A DNA stretch of 64,000 nucleotides from Candidatus Spongiisociaceae bacterium (GTDB lineage Bacteria > Actinomycetota > Acidimicrobiia > Spongiisociales > Spongiisociaceae), in assembly GCA_965202665.1 (NCBI GenBank), contig OZ241841.1:896001-960000 (forward strand), written 5' to 3'. The notes under the pieces are model-generated. The model saw nothing but the letters and a program-made list of their open reading frames with translations. It was not told where the DNA came from and did not search any database. This document shows positions 9,593 through 19,100 of this stretch, one piece after another; the first letter of the stretch is position 1; each line of letters starts with the position of its first letter. A program made the translations under genes and the position numbers.

Positions 9593-11464
9593 TCACTCCA
9601 CCGTCACGCTTTTGGCCAGGTTGCGGGGCTGATCGATGTCGCATCCCAGAACCAGGGCGGTGTGATAGGCCAGCAACTGCAGGGGAACGGCGGCCAGCAC
9701 CGGGGCCAGCAGGCCGTCCGTGCGGGGAATGCGCAACACCCGATCGGCGCAACGGTCCGCCTCCTCATCGTCGTCAAAAGCCACCGCCACCACCCGCGCC
9801 CCCCGGGCCTTGGTTTCCCACAGGCCGGACATGGCCTTGTCATAGACATCGTCCTGAGTGAGGGCCGCCACCACCGGCGTGCCTTCTTCAATCAGGGCCA
9901 AGGCGCCGTGTTTCAACTCCCCGGCGGGCATGGCCTCGGCGTGCAGGTAGGAAACCTCTTTGAGTTTCAACGCCCCTTCCATGGCGGTGGCGTAGTCCGC
10001 CCCCCGGCCGATAAAGTAAAGGTCGGAGGAGCCCGCCAGGTCGGCCGCCAACCGGCCGATCTCCCCCCGCCCCCGCCCGTAGCGGTCCAGAACCTCGGCT
10101 ATCTGACCGGGCAGGGCCCGCATTCCGGCCAGCAACGCCGCTTCCCGCGCCGGTCCCACCGCCCGCCGGCGGCGGGCCAGCCACAAGGCCAGCAGGCATT
10201 CGCCGACCAGCATGGCCAGATAGGCCTTAGTGGACGCCACCGCCACCTCCGGGCCGCCCCGGGTGTAGATGACATCGTCGGCGACGCGGGTGAGGGTGGA
10301 GCCCACCACGTTGGTCAAAGCCAGCAGACGGGAGTCCCGCTCGGAGGCCATCCGGGCCGCGGCCAGCGTGTCAGCCGTTTCCCCCGACTGGCTGATAGCC
10401 AAAGTGAGGGCCGGCCCCCCCGGCGGCGGGAACCGGTAACGCAGTTCGTGGGCGTAAACCGCTTCGGCGGGAAGGCGCGCCAAACGTTCCATCAGGGACA
10501 CCCCCACCAGCCCGGCGTGGTAGGCGGTGCCGCAACCGGTGATCCAGATTTTTTGCAGGGCGCGCAGGCCCGCCGGATCGTCGGGGGAAGCGCCCCGCCC
10601 CCCGGAGATGTCCTCCAAATCATCCAACGTCGCCCGGCTACCGTCCTCCGAGATGCGTCCCGCCAGGGTCTGGGCGATCACTTCCGGCTGCTCGTGTATT
10701 TCTTTGAGCATGAAATGGTCGTATCCTCCCCGTTCCGCCTCCCCCGCCTCCCAGTCGGCGATGAGCGGCTCTCGGCGGACTTCCGCTCCGTCGATGGTTT
10801 GTATCACCGCCCGGTCGGCGGTCACATCGGCGATCTCCCCGTCTTCCACCACCAAAAAACGGCGGGTGCGGTTGAGCAGGGCGGTGATATCGGAGGCCAG
10901 GAACATTTCCCCTTCGCCCAAGCCCACCACCAGCGGGCTGGTGAGGCGGGCGGCCACGATGCGGCCCGGTTCGCGGTCGCTGATGACGGCCAGCGCGTAG
11001 GCCCCGGTGGTGCGGGCGATAGCGCGGCGCAGAGCGGCGGCCAAATCCCCGTCGTATTCGGCGGCGATAAGATGGGCTAGGACTTCGGTGTCGGTCTCCG
11101 ACCGCAAGACGGCGCCGCCCGCGGACAACTCTTCCCGCAACCCCCGGAAGTTTTCAATAATCCCGTTGTGCACCACCGCAAAAGAATTTCCCCCGTCCAA
11201 GTGGGGATGGGCGTTGGCGTCGGAGGGGGCCCCGTGGGTCGCCCAGCGGGTGTGCCCCACGCCCAGGGAACCCGGCAACGGCCGCTCCTCCAAGACGGCC
11301 GCCAAGCGGTTCATTTTGCCTTCGGTTTTCCGCACCCGCAGTTTCCCGCGGCTGACGGCGGCGATGCCCGCCGAGTCGTAACCCCGGTATTCCAGCCGTC
11401 GCAGCCCATCCAAAATCACTTCCTGGGCCGAGCGGGGGCCGACGTATGCCACAATTCCGCACAC
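9593..11464 (-). CDS. glmS: Glutamine-fructose-6-phosphate transaminase (isomerizing)
   Basis: N-terminal (M)CGIV, LEYRGYDSAG, GHTRWATHG, SQSGETADT and C-terminal PRNLAKSVTVE. Confidence 0.97.
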   Translation of the reverse strand: MCGIVAYVGPRSAQEVILDGLRRLEYRGYDSAGIAAVSRGKLRVRKTEGKMNRLAAVLEERPLPGSLGVGHTRWATHGAPSDANAHPHLDGGNSFAVVHNGIIENFRGLREELSAGGAVLRSETDTEVLAHLIAAEYDGDLAAALRRAIARTTGAYALAVISDREPGRIVAARLTSPLVVGLGEGEMFLASDITALLNRTRRFLVVEDGEIADVTADRAVIQTIDGAEVRREPLIADWEAGEAERGGYDHFMLKEIHEQPEVIAQTLAGRISEDGSRATLDDLEDISGGRGASPDDPAGLRALQKIWITGCGTAYHAGLVGVSLMERLARLPAEAVYAHELRYRFPPPGGPALTLAISQSGETADTLAAARMASERDSRLLALTNVVGSTLTRVADDVIYTRGGPEVAVASTKAYLAMLVGECLLALWLARRRRAVGPAREAALLAGMRALPGQIAEVLDRYGRGRGEIGRLAADLAGSSDLYFIGRGADYATAMEGALKLKEVSYLHAEAMPAGELKHGALALIEEGTPVVAALTQDDVYDKAMSGLWETKARGARVVAVAFDDDEEADRCADRVLRIPRTDGLLAPVLAAVPLQLLAYHTALVLGCDIDQPRNLAKSVTVE

Positions 11465-11559
11465 AGGCGCACCTTTCGTTGGGGAATGGCTCACTTGACG
11501 GACGGCTCGGAGCGAGGTTTCCGGGTCCGCCTTCCCCAGGCGCCCCGGGATTTCCACTC

Positions 11560-11692
11560 CGGCCCGGGCTCTGTCCCCGCAGTCACCCGCGGGTTTTAAC
11601 CCGAACCGTCACGACCGTGGACAGCCGGGAGGGCATCCGCCGAATTCTTCGATAACCCTCCGCCTCGTCGCCCCAACGGGGCCCGGCGCTTC
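11560..11692 (-). ncRNA. glmS ribozyme (GlcN6P-activated self-cleaving riboswitch)
   Basis: Minus strand reads AGCGCCGGGCCCCGUUGGGGCGACGAGGCGGAGGGUUAUCGAAGAAUUCGGCGGAUGCCCUCCCGG...AAAACCCGCGGGUGACUGCGGGGACAGAG. This matches the conserved glmS core and P4/P4.1 and lies directly upstream of glmS. Confidence 0.93.
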
Positions 11693-11753
11693 AAAGGACG
11701 CTCCAATCCGTCCCGCCCAGTCTAAACCCCCTACCGCCCCAAACCCGGTATTT

Positions 11754-12464
11754 TCATGACCAGGTTTTACGTGCCAACACCAACCCATCTACTGAGCGAG
11801 CACCTGCTTCCTTAAGACGGATCGCAACGGCGTTTAATTGGAGGCCGGTAGTACAAACGTCATCATATATCAGTACATCGGCACCTTTTAATGCAAGATT
11901 GGTAGATATGACAAGATTATCACGTAGTTCATCAGCACGAGCTAACTTCTCATCATAGGATAACCTTCCTCTTGTACCTTTGGGAAGTGGCATAGATAGC
12001 ACTCTTGGTTCAAAGTTATATTTTCTCTGCACATCCTCAGTCATAGCAGATTCCAACACTAACTCAGTATGGCCATCACCCGTCTCCATATATGTTGGAT
12101 TGGGAACTATGACAGTATAAGGTTTTTGTTTCTTATCCAAATGCCCAATTATGAGCCTGCCAAATATAATAGCCCACTCTTTTTGTCGCCCTCTTTTTAA
12201 CCCAGTTATAGCGGATAGGATAGGTTCACCATATTTTGCTATAGCCTCAATACGATCGAAGGCGCGATTAGGATCTAAACATAATTTGTTTCTGCACTGA
12301 GCACCCTCTATAATTTGCTGAGCACAAATTTGGCACAACGGCGCACTTAATGGCTCGATAGTCTCATGAGCGCATTGTATACAAACCCCTGGACTACCAT
12401 TTTGCAGATAGAAACATTTATAGCAACGGGGAAATCCGAGGGGCTCGGGAAGATCTCTTGACAC
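11754..12464 (-). CDS. ComF-like phosphoribosyltransferase with N-terminal Cys-rich zinc ribbons
   Basis: CYKC, CIQC, CQIC and CRNKLC; PRPP loop LIYDDVCTTG; strong AAGGAGG RBS; visibly AT-rich relative to the flanks. Confidence 0.85.
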   Translation of the reverse strand: MSRDLPEPLGFPRCYKCFYLQNGSPGVCIQCAHETIEPLSAPLCQICAQQIIEGAQCRNKLCLDPNRAFDRIEAIAKYGEPILSAITGLKRGRQKEWAIIFGRLIIGHLDKKQKPYTVIVPNPTYMETGDGHTELVLESAMTEDVQRKYNFEPRVLSMPLPKGTRGRLSYDEKLARADELRDNLVISTNLALKGADVLIYDDVCTTGLQLNAVAIRLKEAGARSVDGLVLARKTWS

Positions 12465-12505
12465 GTGAGGTTACCCTCCTTTGAATTCAAATTAATAGAA
12501 CCCTT

Positions 12506-12534
12506 AAGGTATCATATGCTTTGCAAAATGTCAA
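12506..12534 (-). promoter_or_regulatory. Sigma70-type promoter for the PRTase gene
   Basis: TTGACA-17 nt-TACCTT on the minus strand, with TG one base upstream of the -10. Confidence 0.6.
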
Positions 12535-12563
12535 GCCAGTCTAGTAGATGTCTCTTACCTCTT

Positions 12564-13637
12564 TCAGACAAGTTCAAGGGCCATCTGGGACAAACGGCGG
12601 CGTTGCTCAGCTTTGGCGAGCACCCGCTGAGGGTCGGCCAGTCTGGAAAACACTTGCTCCACATCGTCGACTTCCACCGCTCCCCGCTCATCTACATAGC
12701 GACGGGCCCATTCCTGGTCGGTTACCAGGCTTTTTATCAGAAACACCTGCTTGTCGTGTTCCAAGGCCAGGCGAGCTTGCATTTTGGCACCTGATTTTCC
12801 CGAGGCCTCAATCACTACCGTTCCCTGTGCTATCCCGGACATTACCACATTTCGCGCCGGAAAAGACCATCGGGTAGGCGGGGCAGTCGGCCAGAACGAT
12901 GACACCACCGCGCCGCGGCGCACTATCTCATCCGCCAAAGCCTCGTTCTCCGGCGGGTAGGTACGTGTAACGCCGTTGCCGATCACGGCTATGGTACGGC
13001 CGTCGCCATCCAGCGTCGCCCGGTGGGCTTCGGTGTCAATGCCTCGGGCCAAACCGGAAACCACCGTAACCCCCCCCGCCGCCAACCGTTCGGCCATCTG
13101 CCGGGCCAATCGTAAACCATCGCCGGAGGGCCGACGGGTTCCCACCACGCACACCGAGCGTAAATCCTGCAAGCGGAGGGCGTCCCCTCTGATAAACAGA
13201 AAGGGAGGCAGGTTTGGTATAAAACGTAGATTGGAGGGATAGTCGTCATCCAAAACGGTGACCAACCGGGCACCGCTCTCAACGGCGGCGGACAGCTCAG
13301 CCTCCACTCGCTCCGTCGCTTCCCCGATGCGCAAGAGAGCCTCGCCCAAGATGGACCGGGCGTCGGCGGCGGCCGGGGACTGCTCGATCACACGGCCTTC
13401 GTACAAACGTTGCAGACCATCCGGGCGGGTGGCCTCGCGGGCCAGCAACGACCAATCAACCCGCTTATCCCCAACCGGCGGCAGTGCGCACAGGGTCAGC
13501 AAACTACGGTTGGCGTCTTGCGACTTCATATCGATTCGTCCGCCCTGGCCATTAGGTTGAGAATAATAGGGGGAACGATAACTACCCAATCGGCACAATG
13601 ATGCCAATTGACTGAAAAATTTTGTTGCGTGAGCCAT
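12564..13637 (-). CDS. DprA/Smf-family Rossmann-fold (SLOG) protein
   Basis: DYPSNL, VCVVGTR, VVSGLARGID, FPARN, VVIEASGKSGA. Start at 13637 (GAAAGGAGG RBS) or 13529; no C-terminal wHTH evident. Confidence 0.9.
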   Translation of the reverse strand: MAHATKFFSQLASLCRLGSYRSPYYSQPNGQGGRIDMKSQDANRSLLTLCALPPVGDKRVDWSLLAREATRPDGLQRLYEGRVIEQSPAAADARSILGEALLRIGEATERVEAELSAAVESGARLVTVLDDDYPSNLRFIPNLPPFLFIRGDALRLQDLRSVCVVGTRRPSGDGLRLARQMAERLAAGGVTVVSGLARGIDTEAHRATLDGDGRTIAVIGNGVTRTYPPENEALADEIVRRGAVVSSFWPTAPPTRWSFPARNVVMSGIAQGTVVIEASGKSGAKMQARLALEHDKQVFLIKSLVTDQEWARRYVDERGAVEVDDVEQVFSRLADPQRVLAKAEQRRRLSQMALELV

Positions 13638-13657
13638 ACGGCCTCCTTTCCCAGATA

Positions 13658-13671
13658 CGAACATATGTTCG
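13658..13671. promoter_or_regulatory. LexA (SOS) box, Gram-positive/actinobacterial type
   Basis: Perfect palindrome CGAAC-ATAT-GTTCG between TATAAT (13681-13686, minus strand) and the dprA RBS. Confidence 0.8.
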
Positions 13672-13718
13672 CTTTTTGCTATTATATACAGGTCTGTGTG
13701 ACAAACCGGGTTGGGCGG

Positions 13719-15080
13719 TCAGGCGAGGGCTTGGGTTATTTGGGCGGCTAGGCGGGCGGCGGTCTCTTCGGCGGATTGCAGGGTGGGGGCTTCCACCATC
13801 ACCCTTATTACCGGTTCGGTGCCGGAGGCCCGCACCAGCACCCGGCCCCGGTCGCCCAACTCGGCTTCGGCGGTCGCCGTCGCCTCCCGCACCTCCTCCG
13901 ACTCCTCCAAATCCTCCCGGCGCCTCACTTGCACATTGCGCAACACTTGCGGAAACTCGGTGATGGCCCGCTGGCGCAGCTCCCGCACCGTCAGCCCGGT
14001 TTCCGCCACCACCTCCAACAGCAACAACGCGGTCAGCAGGCCGTCTCCGGTGCGGGCCCGCTCCAGGAAAATAACATGGCCGGACTGCTCCCCGCCCAGC
14101 GCCGCCCCGCTCCGCACCATCTCCTCCAACACGTAGCGGTCCCCTACCCGGGTCTCTATCATCTCAATGCCGGCCTCCCGCATGGCCAGGCGGAAACCCA
14201 GGTTGGACATCACGGTGGCCACCACTAGCCCGCCGGGCAGTCGGCCCCGGCTGTGCAGATGACGGGCGATGACGGCCATCACCACATCCCCGTTGGCCGT
14301 CCGGCCGTCCTCGTCCACCACGAACAGGCGGTCGGCGTCCCCGTCGAAAGCCAGGCCGATCCGGCCCCCGGCCAACCCGGCCAAAGCGCCGGGGGAGGTA
14401 GCCCCGCACTCCAAGTTGATGTTCATCCCGTCCGGGGCCGCGTAATGGACCTCCACATTGGCCCCCAAAGAGGAAAACAGGTCGGGGGCGGCCCGGGAAG
14501 CGGCCCCGTTGGCGCAATCCAAAGCCAGCGGCATCCCCTCCAACGAAACGTCGGAGCGGTTGCGGACGATGTCCAAATAACGGTCCAGCGGATCCGGGGC
14601 CGGGCGGGGCGCTCCCACCCCCTCCCCCACCGGGGCGGCCCACGGCGGCCCCTCCCGCAAACGGTTTTCTATCTCCTCTTCGGCCTCTTCGCTGAACTTG
14701 AAACCCTGGTCGGTGAAAAATTTTACCCCGTTGTCGGCGGCGGGATTGTGGGAGGCGGACACCATCACTCCCATGCCCGCCCGCCAGTCCCCCGTCAAAG
14801 CCGACACGCCCCCCACCGGAATCACCCCCGCATCCAACGTGTCCACCCCCACCGAATGAAAACCGGCCCGCAGGGCGGAAGCCAGCATTTCCCCGGAACG
14901 GCGGGTGTCCCGGCCGATCACCGCCGTCCCCCCCGCCAGCGGCTCCCCCGCCGCCCGGGCCAGTCCCAAAGCCAGATCCGCATCCAGTTCGCGGTTGGCC
15001 AGCCCGCGTACCCCGTCGGTTCCGAACAAACGCCGCGGCGCGGGAACATCGGCGGGGGCCGCCTTGCCCGCCCCTGCCAA
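13719..15080 (-). CDS. glmM: Phosphoglucosamine mutase
   Basis: FGTDGVRG, VSASHNP, DGDADR, GGEQSGH and RASGTEP; follows rpsI. Confidence 0.96.
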   Translation of the reverse strand: MAGAGKAAPADVPAPRRLFGTDGVRGLANRELDADLALGLARAAGEPLAGGTAVIGRDTRRSGEMLASALRAGFHSVGVDTLDAGVIPVGGVSALTGDWRAGMGVMVSASHNPAADNGVKFFTDQGFKFSEEAEEEIENRLREGPPWAAPVGEGVGAPRPAPDPLDRYLDIVRNRSDVSLEGMPLALDCANGAASRAAPDLFSSLGANVEVHYAAPDGMNINLECGATSPGALAGLAGGRIGLAFDGDADRLFVVDEDGRTANGDVVMAVIARHLHSRGRLPGGLVVATVMSNLGFRLAMREAGIEMIETRVGDRYVLEEMVRSGAALGGEQSGHVIFLERARTGDGLLTALLLLEVVAETGLTVRELRQRAITEFPQVLRNVQVRRREDLEESEEVREATATAEAELGDRGRVLVRASGTEPVIRVMVEAPTLQSAEETAARLAAQITQALA

Positions 15081-15112
15081 CGCCGCCGCCCGGCCCGAAA
15101 CCGGAACCCGCC

Positions 15113-15505
15113 TTAACGTTTGGTGTACTGGGGGGCCCGGCGGGCTTTGCGCAAGCCGTACTTTTTGCGTTCCACCACCCGGGCGTCCCGGGTCAGCAAA
15201 CCGGCTTTTTTTAGATCGGGGCGCAAATCGGGGTCAACTTCCAAGAGCCCCCGGGAAATCCCCAAACGTAGGGCGTCCGCCTGGCCGCTGATGCCGCCGC
15301 CGGACAGGGTGGCCACCACGTCGAATCGATTTTCCGCCCCCGCCACCCGAAACGGCTCCATCACCCGCCGCTGGTGGGCGATAGTCGGAAAATAATCGGA
15401 GAAGGAACGGCCGTTGAGGGTGACGGCGCCGGTTCCGTTGTAGAGGCGCACCCGGGCCACCGACTCTTTGCGGCGGCCGGTGGCCAGCGCAACCGGATCA
15501 GCCAT
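15113..15505 (-). CDS. rpsI: 30S ribosomal protein S9
   Basis: [19 protein letters not shown] and [19 protein letters not shown]. Confidence 0.97.
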   Translation of the reverse strand: MADPVALATGRRKESVARVRLYNGTGAVTLNGRSFSDYFPTIAHQRRVMEPFRVAGAENRFDVVATLSGGGISGQADALRLGISRGLLEVDPDLRPDLKKAGLLTRDARVVERKKYGLRKARRAPQYTKR

Positions 15506-15974
15506 TGTCCACCGCCCCGGCCCCCGTCGCCCGGATGTCAAACTGCAAAACCTCGGGGCGCTGAGCGGCATGCGGATGGTCCGGCCCGGCGTACACCCGC
15601 AACTTGCGGATCATCTGACGGCCCAGGCGGTTATGGGGAAGCATCCCCCGCACCGCCCGCTCAATCACCGCCTGCGGGCGGCGGACGATGAGGCTGGCGA
15701 AGGATTCCTCCTTCAACCCGCCCGGATAACCGGAATGCCGGTAATAAATCTTGTCCTGGCTTTTACGGGAGGTGACCGCCACCTGTTCGGCGTTGACCAC
15801 GATCACATGATCGCCGCCATCCACATGCGGGGCGTAAGAAGGCTTGTGCTTGCCCCGCAAAACCTGGGCGATGCGGGAAGCGAGGCGGCCCAGCGGAACC
15901 CCGGCCGCGTCCACCACGAACCAGCTGCGTTCAATGTCGCCGGGCCGGGGCGAATATGTGGTGTTTCTGCGCAT
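15498..15974 (-). CDS. rplM: 50S ribosomal protein L13
   Basis: WFVVDA, LGRLAS, LRGKHKP, HSGYPGG and VRGMLP. Confidence 0.97.
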   Translation of the reverse strand: MRRNTTYSPRPGDIERSWFVVDAAGVPLGRLASRIAQVLRGKHKPSYAPHVDGGDHVIVVNAEQVAVTSRKSQDKIYYRHSGYPGGLKEESFASLIVRRPQAVIERAVRGMLPHNRLGRQMIRKLRVYAGPDHPHAAQRPEVLQFDIRATGAGAVDNG

Positions 15975-16103
15975 GGTTTTCCTTGGCTCTAATGAGTCGC
16001 CGATGGGATTGGGCCGCCGAACAATGACCGACGGGTCCGCGGCCGCCCTGTTGATAATAGCGGGTCCGGATGCATTCGCCAAACCGCGGGGACAAATCCT
16101 ATA

Positions 16104-19100
16104 TCAGCGGTCCAGGGAGGTGATCCGGCCGCCGAAACGATCCACTCCCACGATCTTGCCGTCCCCGGCGAAGGAGCCGAAGCGCCCGAAGCCCCGGTTG
16201 GGAGAGTCGCCGATGTACTCCCGGTCCACCGAATAGGTATTGGCGTCCGCCGCTTTCTTGAACAGCGCCAGCGAGCCGCGCAGGTCGTTCCCCGGGCGCA
16301 GATAACGGCCCGTTAGCACCTCGCTGCCGTCGGTGTTGATGTCAACCCATTCGGCGAAGTGCTGGCCCCCGCCCTCCTCGGATGGGAAAGAACCGGCCGG
16401 GACGGTGGCACCGCTCAAAAGCCCGTCCATGGTTAACGTGGCGTAACCGGTGGAAGCGGCCGCCCAAGTGCCGGAGTCGGGCTGGGTGAAGACGTAAATG
16501 ACTTCCCGTTGATTGTCGACCGAGTTTGAGATGCGGTCGGCGCCCGGCACGGCGATAACTTTGCCGTCTCCGGAAACTTTCACCCCGTTGCCGAGCCGGC
16601 GCGCGCCGGTCAGCACATCATCGCCGGACACCTCCAGCAAAACGGTGGCGGTGAGGGCGGTTGTATCCCAACCGGTGGACGCGGCCTGGGCGACCAAAAC
16701 TCCCCCCGCCTCGGAGGAAGATCCGGTGGCGCCGCAAACTATGACCGTACCCTCATCGGAAATGGAGACCCCCCGGGATCCGGAGACCGCGTCCCGGCAA
16801 TCCACCGTGGCGTCGGGCTCGGCGGAGTCGGTCCATCCGCCGGAGGGCTTGACGAACACCTTGCCGTCTCCCGTCCGGGTATCAGCCGCGGCCAAACCGA
16901 CGATGACGCCCCCGTCGCCGGAAACGTCCACGCTGGAGCCAAAATCACGGGGGGCGCTGGACGAACCCGTCTGCCCGGGACCGGCGTCGGCGTCGGTCAA
17001 AACGGCGACCCTGGAGTAGGTGTCGCCGGAGCGGGTGTATACATACACCTTGCCGTTGCCGGCCACGCCGTCCACCTCGGCGCCCGGGTCGCCGACCGCG
17101 ATAACGGAACCATCGTCGCTGATCGCCGCATCGTAACCAAACTTGCCCGCCCCGTCCTCGGTCAACTTCTGGGGCTCGGCGTCGCCGGGCCCGTCAAAGA
17201 CCCAAACCGCATTGGCGCCTCCATCCCCCATCACTATCACGCCGCCGTCGGAAGCGTCTACCGCCGCCTCGTAGCCCATCCCGTCGACGATGTCGGCGGA
17301 GGGGGTGGTGGACCTTCTTTGCAGGGTGATCTTGCTGACGCCGTCCGCCCGCGACGCGTAGGAGCCCACCAAAACGTGGGTGGGCGGGGAGGCGTCATCG
17401 GCGCGGCCCAGTTGTTTTTCGAAGTCGGAGAACATATCCGGCCCCTCCAAGCTGAGCAGCTGGTCGTTGCGGTCGTACTTGACCAGCAACGGCAAGGGGC
17501 CGCCGTAACCGTTAATCAAAATTTGGCCGTTGTCGGGATCCGCTTCCACGATGCGTCCGAAAACCGGCCCGTCGGCTTCCTCGGCCCAGTACTGATAGAC
17601 GCGCTCGCTGGCCAAGGAGATGGCGTCGTCGCCGGAAAGCCCGTTGTCATAGGTGGCCCACAACATCTCCACGCCGCCGTCGGCGCGGTCCCGGTCGTAG
17701 GAGAAGCGCGCAACGCCGGCGCTGTTGGTGGTGCGCCGGTTGTTCCTGGGTTCGCCCGTCCAACAATCATCGAAATGCCCATCCGGCAGGACTTTGCTGT
17801 CGTCCTTGTCGCTGGGAACGGCGCAGTCGCCGGCCAGACTCAACGCAACCGCGCCGCCCGCCGTCTCGCCGCTGGGCAGGGGAAGGGCGCCCAAGCCATG
17901 GGGATCATCGGAGCGGAACTGGATCGTAGCCCCCCGCACCCCTGCGCCGTACTGGTCGGTGACGGTGGCCACCAGCCGGCTGGTGGCGCCCCCGCCCTCA
18001 TCCGAAGCCATTATGAACGAGGCCGTGTTTTCGAGTTGCAACGTGGAAGCCTTGGCCTGCGCCTCCGACCACCGGGCTATGAACTTGCCCGCATCCGGGT
18101 CGGCGATCATATCCTGGCCGTCGGCGGGGTCGGTATCCTCCGGATCCGGGATCATCGCATCCGCGGCAACCATCTTGTTGGTAGCTTTATCGGTCACCGT
18201 CCATCCGCCTTCGGGAGCGCTGTTGCCGGTGACCGCGCCGAAGCCCAGAGTCACTTTGGCCGTCTCGTTGGGGGCGGAAGTGCCCACCTGGGTGAAGGTC
18301 AACTCCACCTTGCCGTCCTCGTCCGTGGTGTAAATCAGTCCGCTGGCGGAGGAGCCTCCGTCGACGCCGGTGATCGTGACCGAGATATTCACCTTGTAAC
18401 CGCTCTCCGCCACCGGGTCGTCGTCCTCATCGGACATCTGCAGGGTGAAGGTAACCGAATCGCCGAGCCCGATCATCGACTGGTTGTCCCGCAGGTTGTC
18501 GGTCAAAATGGCTTTGACGGCCGGCTTGGCGTAACTAATGGAAACCATGGCGGCCGCAGTGTCTTCGCTGTCGAACGCGGCGCCGACATCGCCGGTCCAG
18601 GCCCACACCGTACGGCTGGCCTCCTTCAGTTCTATGAGCAACCCGGTCACATCCCCGGAAGCCCCGGTTCTCAGATCTCCGAAGTCGATCTCGCACGTGT
18701 CAGGACCGCCTCCGCTGGCCGCCTCCGGCGAGCCGTCGCCGCGGGTGGCGCAGGTTCCGTCCCCGTCGAAGGCGCCGTCGGGGTCGGTGGAGCTGAACGC
18801 GTCGATCTTCCGGGAGGCCAGGGGCTGGAAGGAGGCGTCCCGCAAGGAAACAACCAGGTTGGCGTTTTGCTGGCCCAGTTCCACTTTGTCCACCTGAATG
18901 GAGACGCCGGCCGGGCGGGCTACGGTGTGCGCCAAGGCCCGGGTGATGAAAGAGGCCATCTGCGCCCGGGTAACCAGGCCGTCCGGTCCGAACTCGTGGT
19001 CGCCGAATCCTTCGGCCACTCCCATCTCATAAATGCGGCCAATGGCGTTGTGCGCGCCCACCGCCACTCCGCCGATGTCGGTGAATATGCGGCCGATGTT

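Noticed and set aside
15975-16100. Ribosomal-protein L13 autoregulatory leader
   Set aside because: Plausible by position, but I could not identify a convincing conserved structure by eye.
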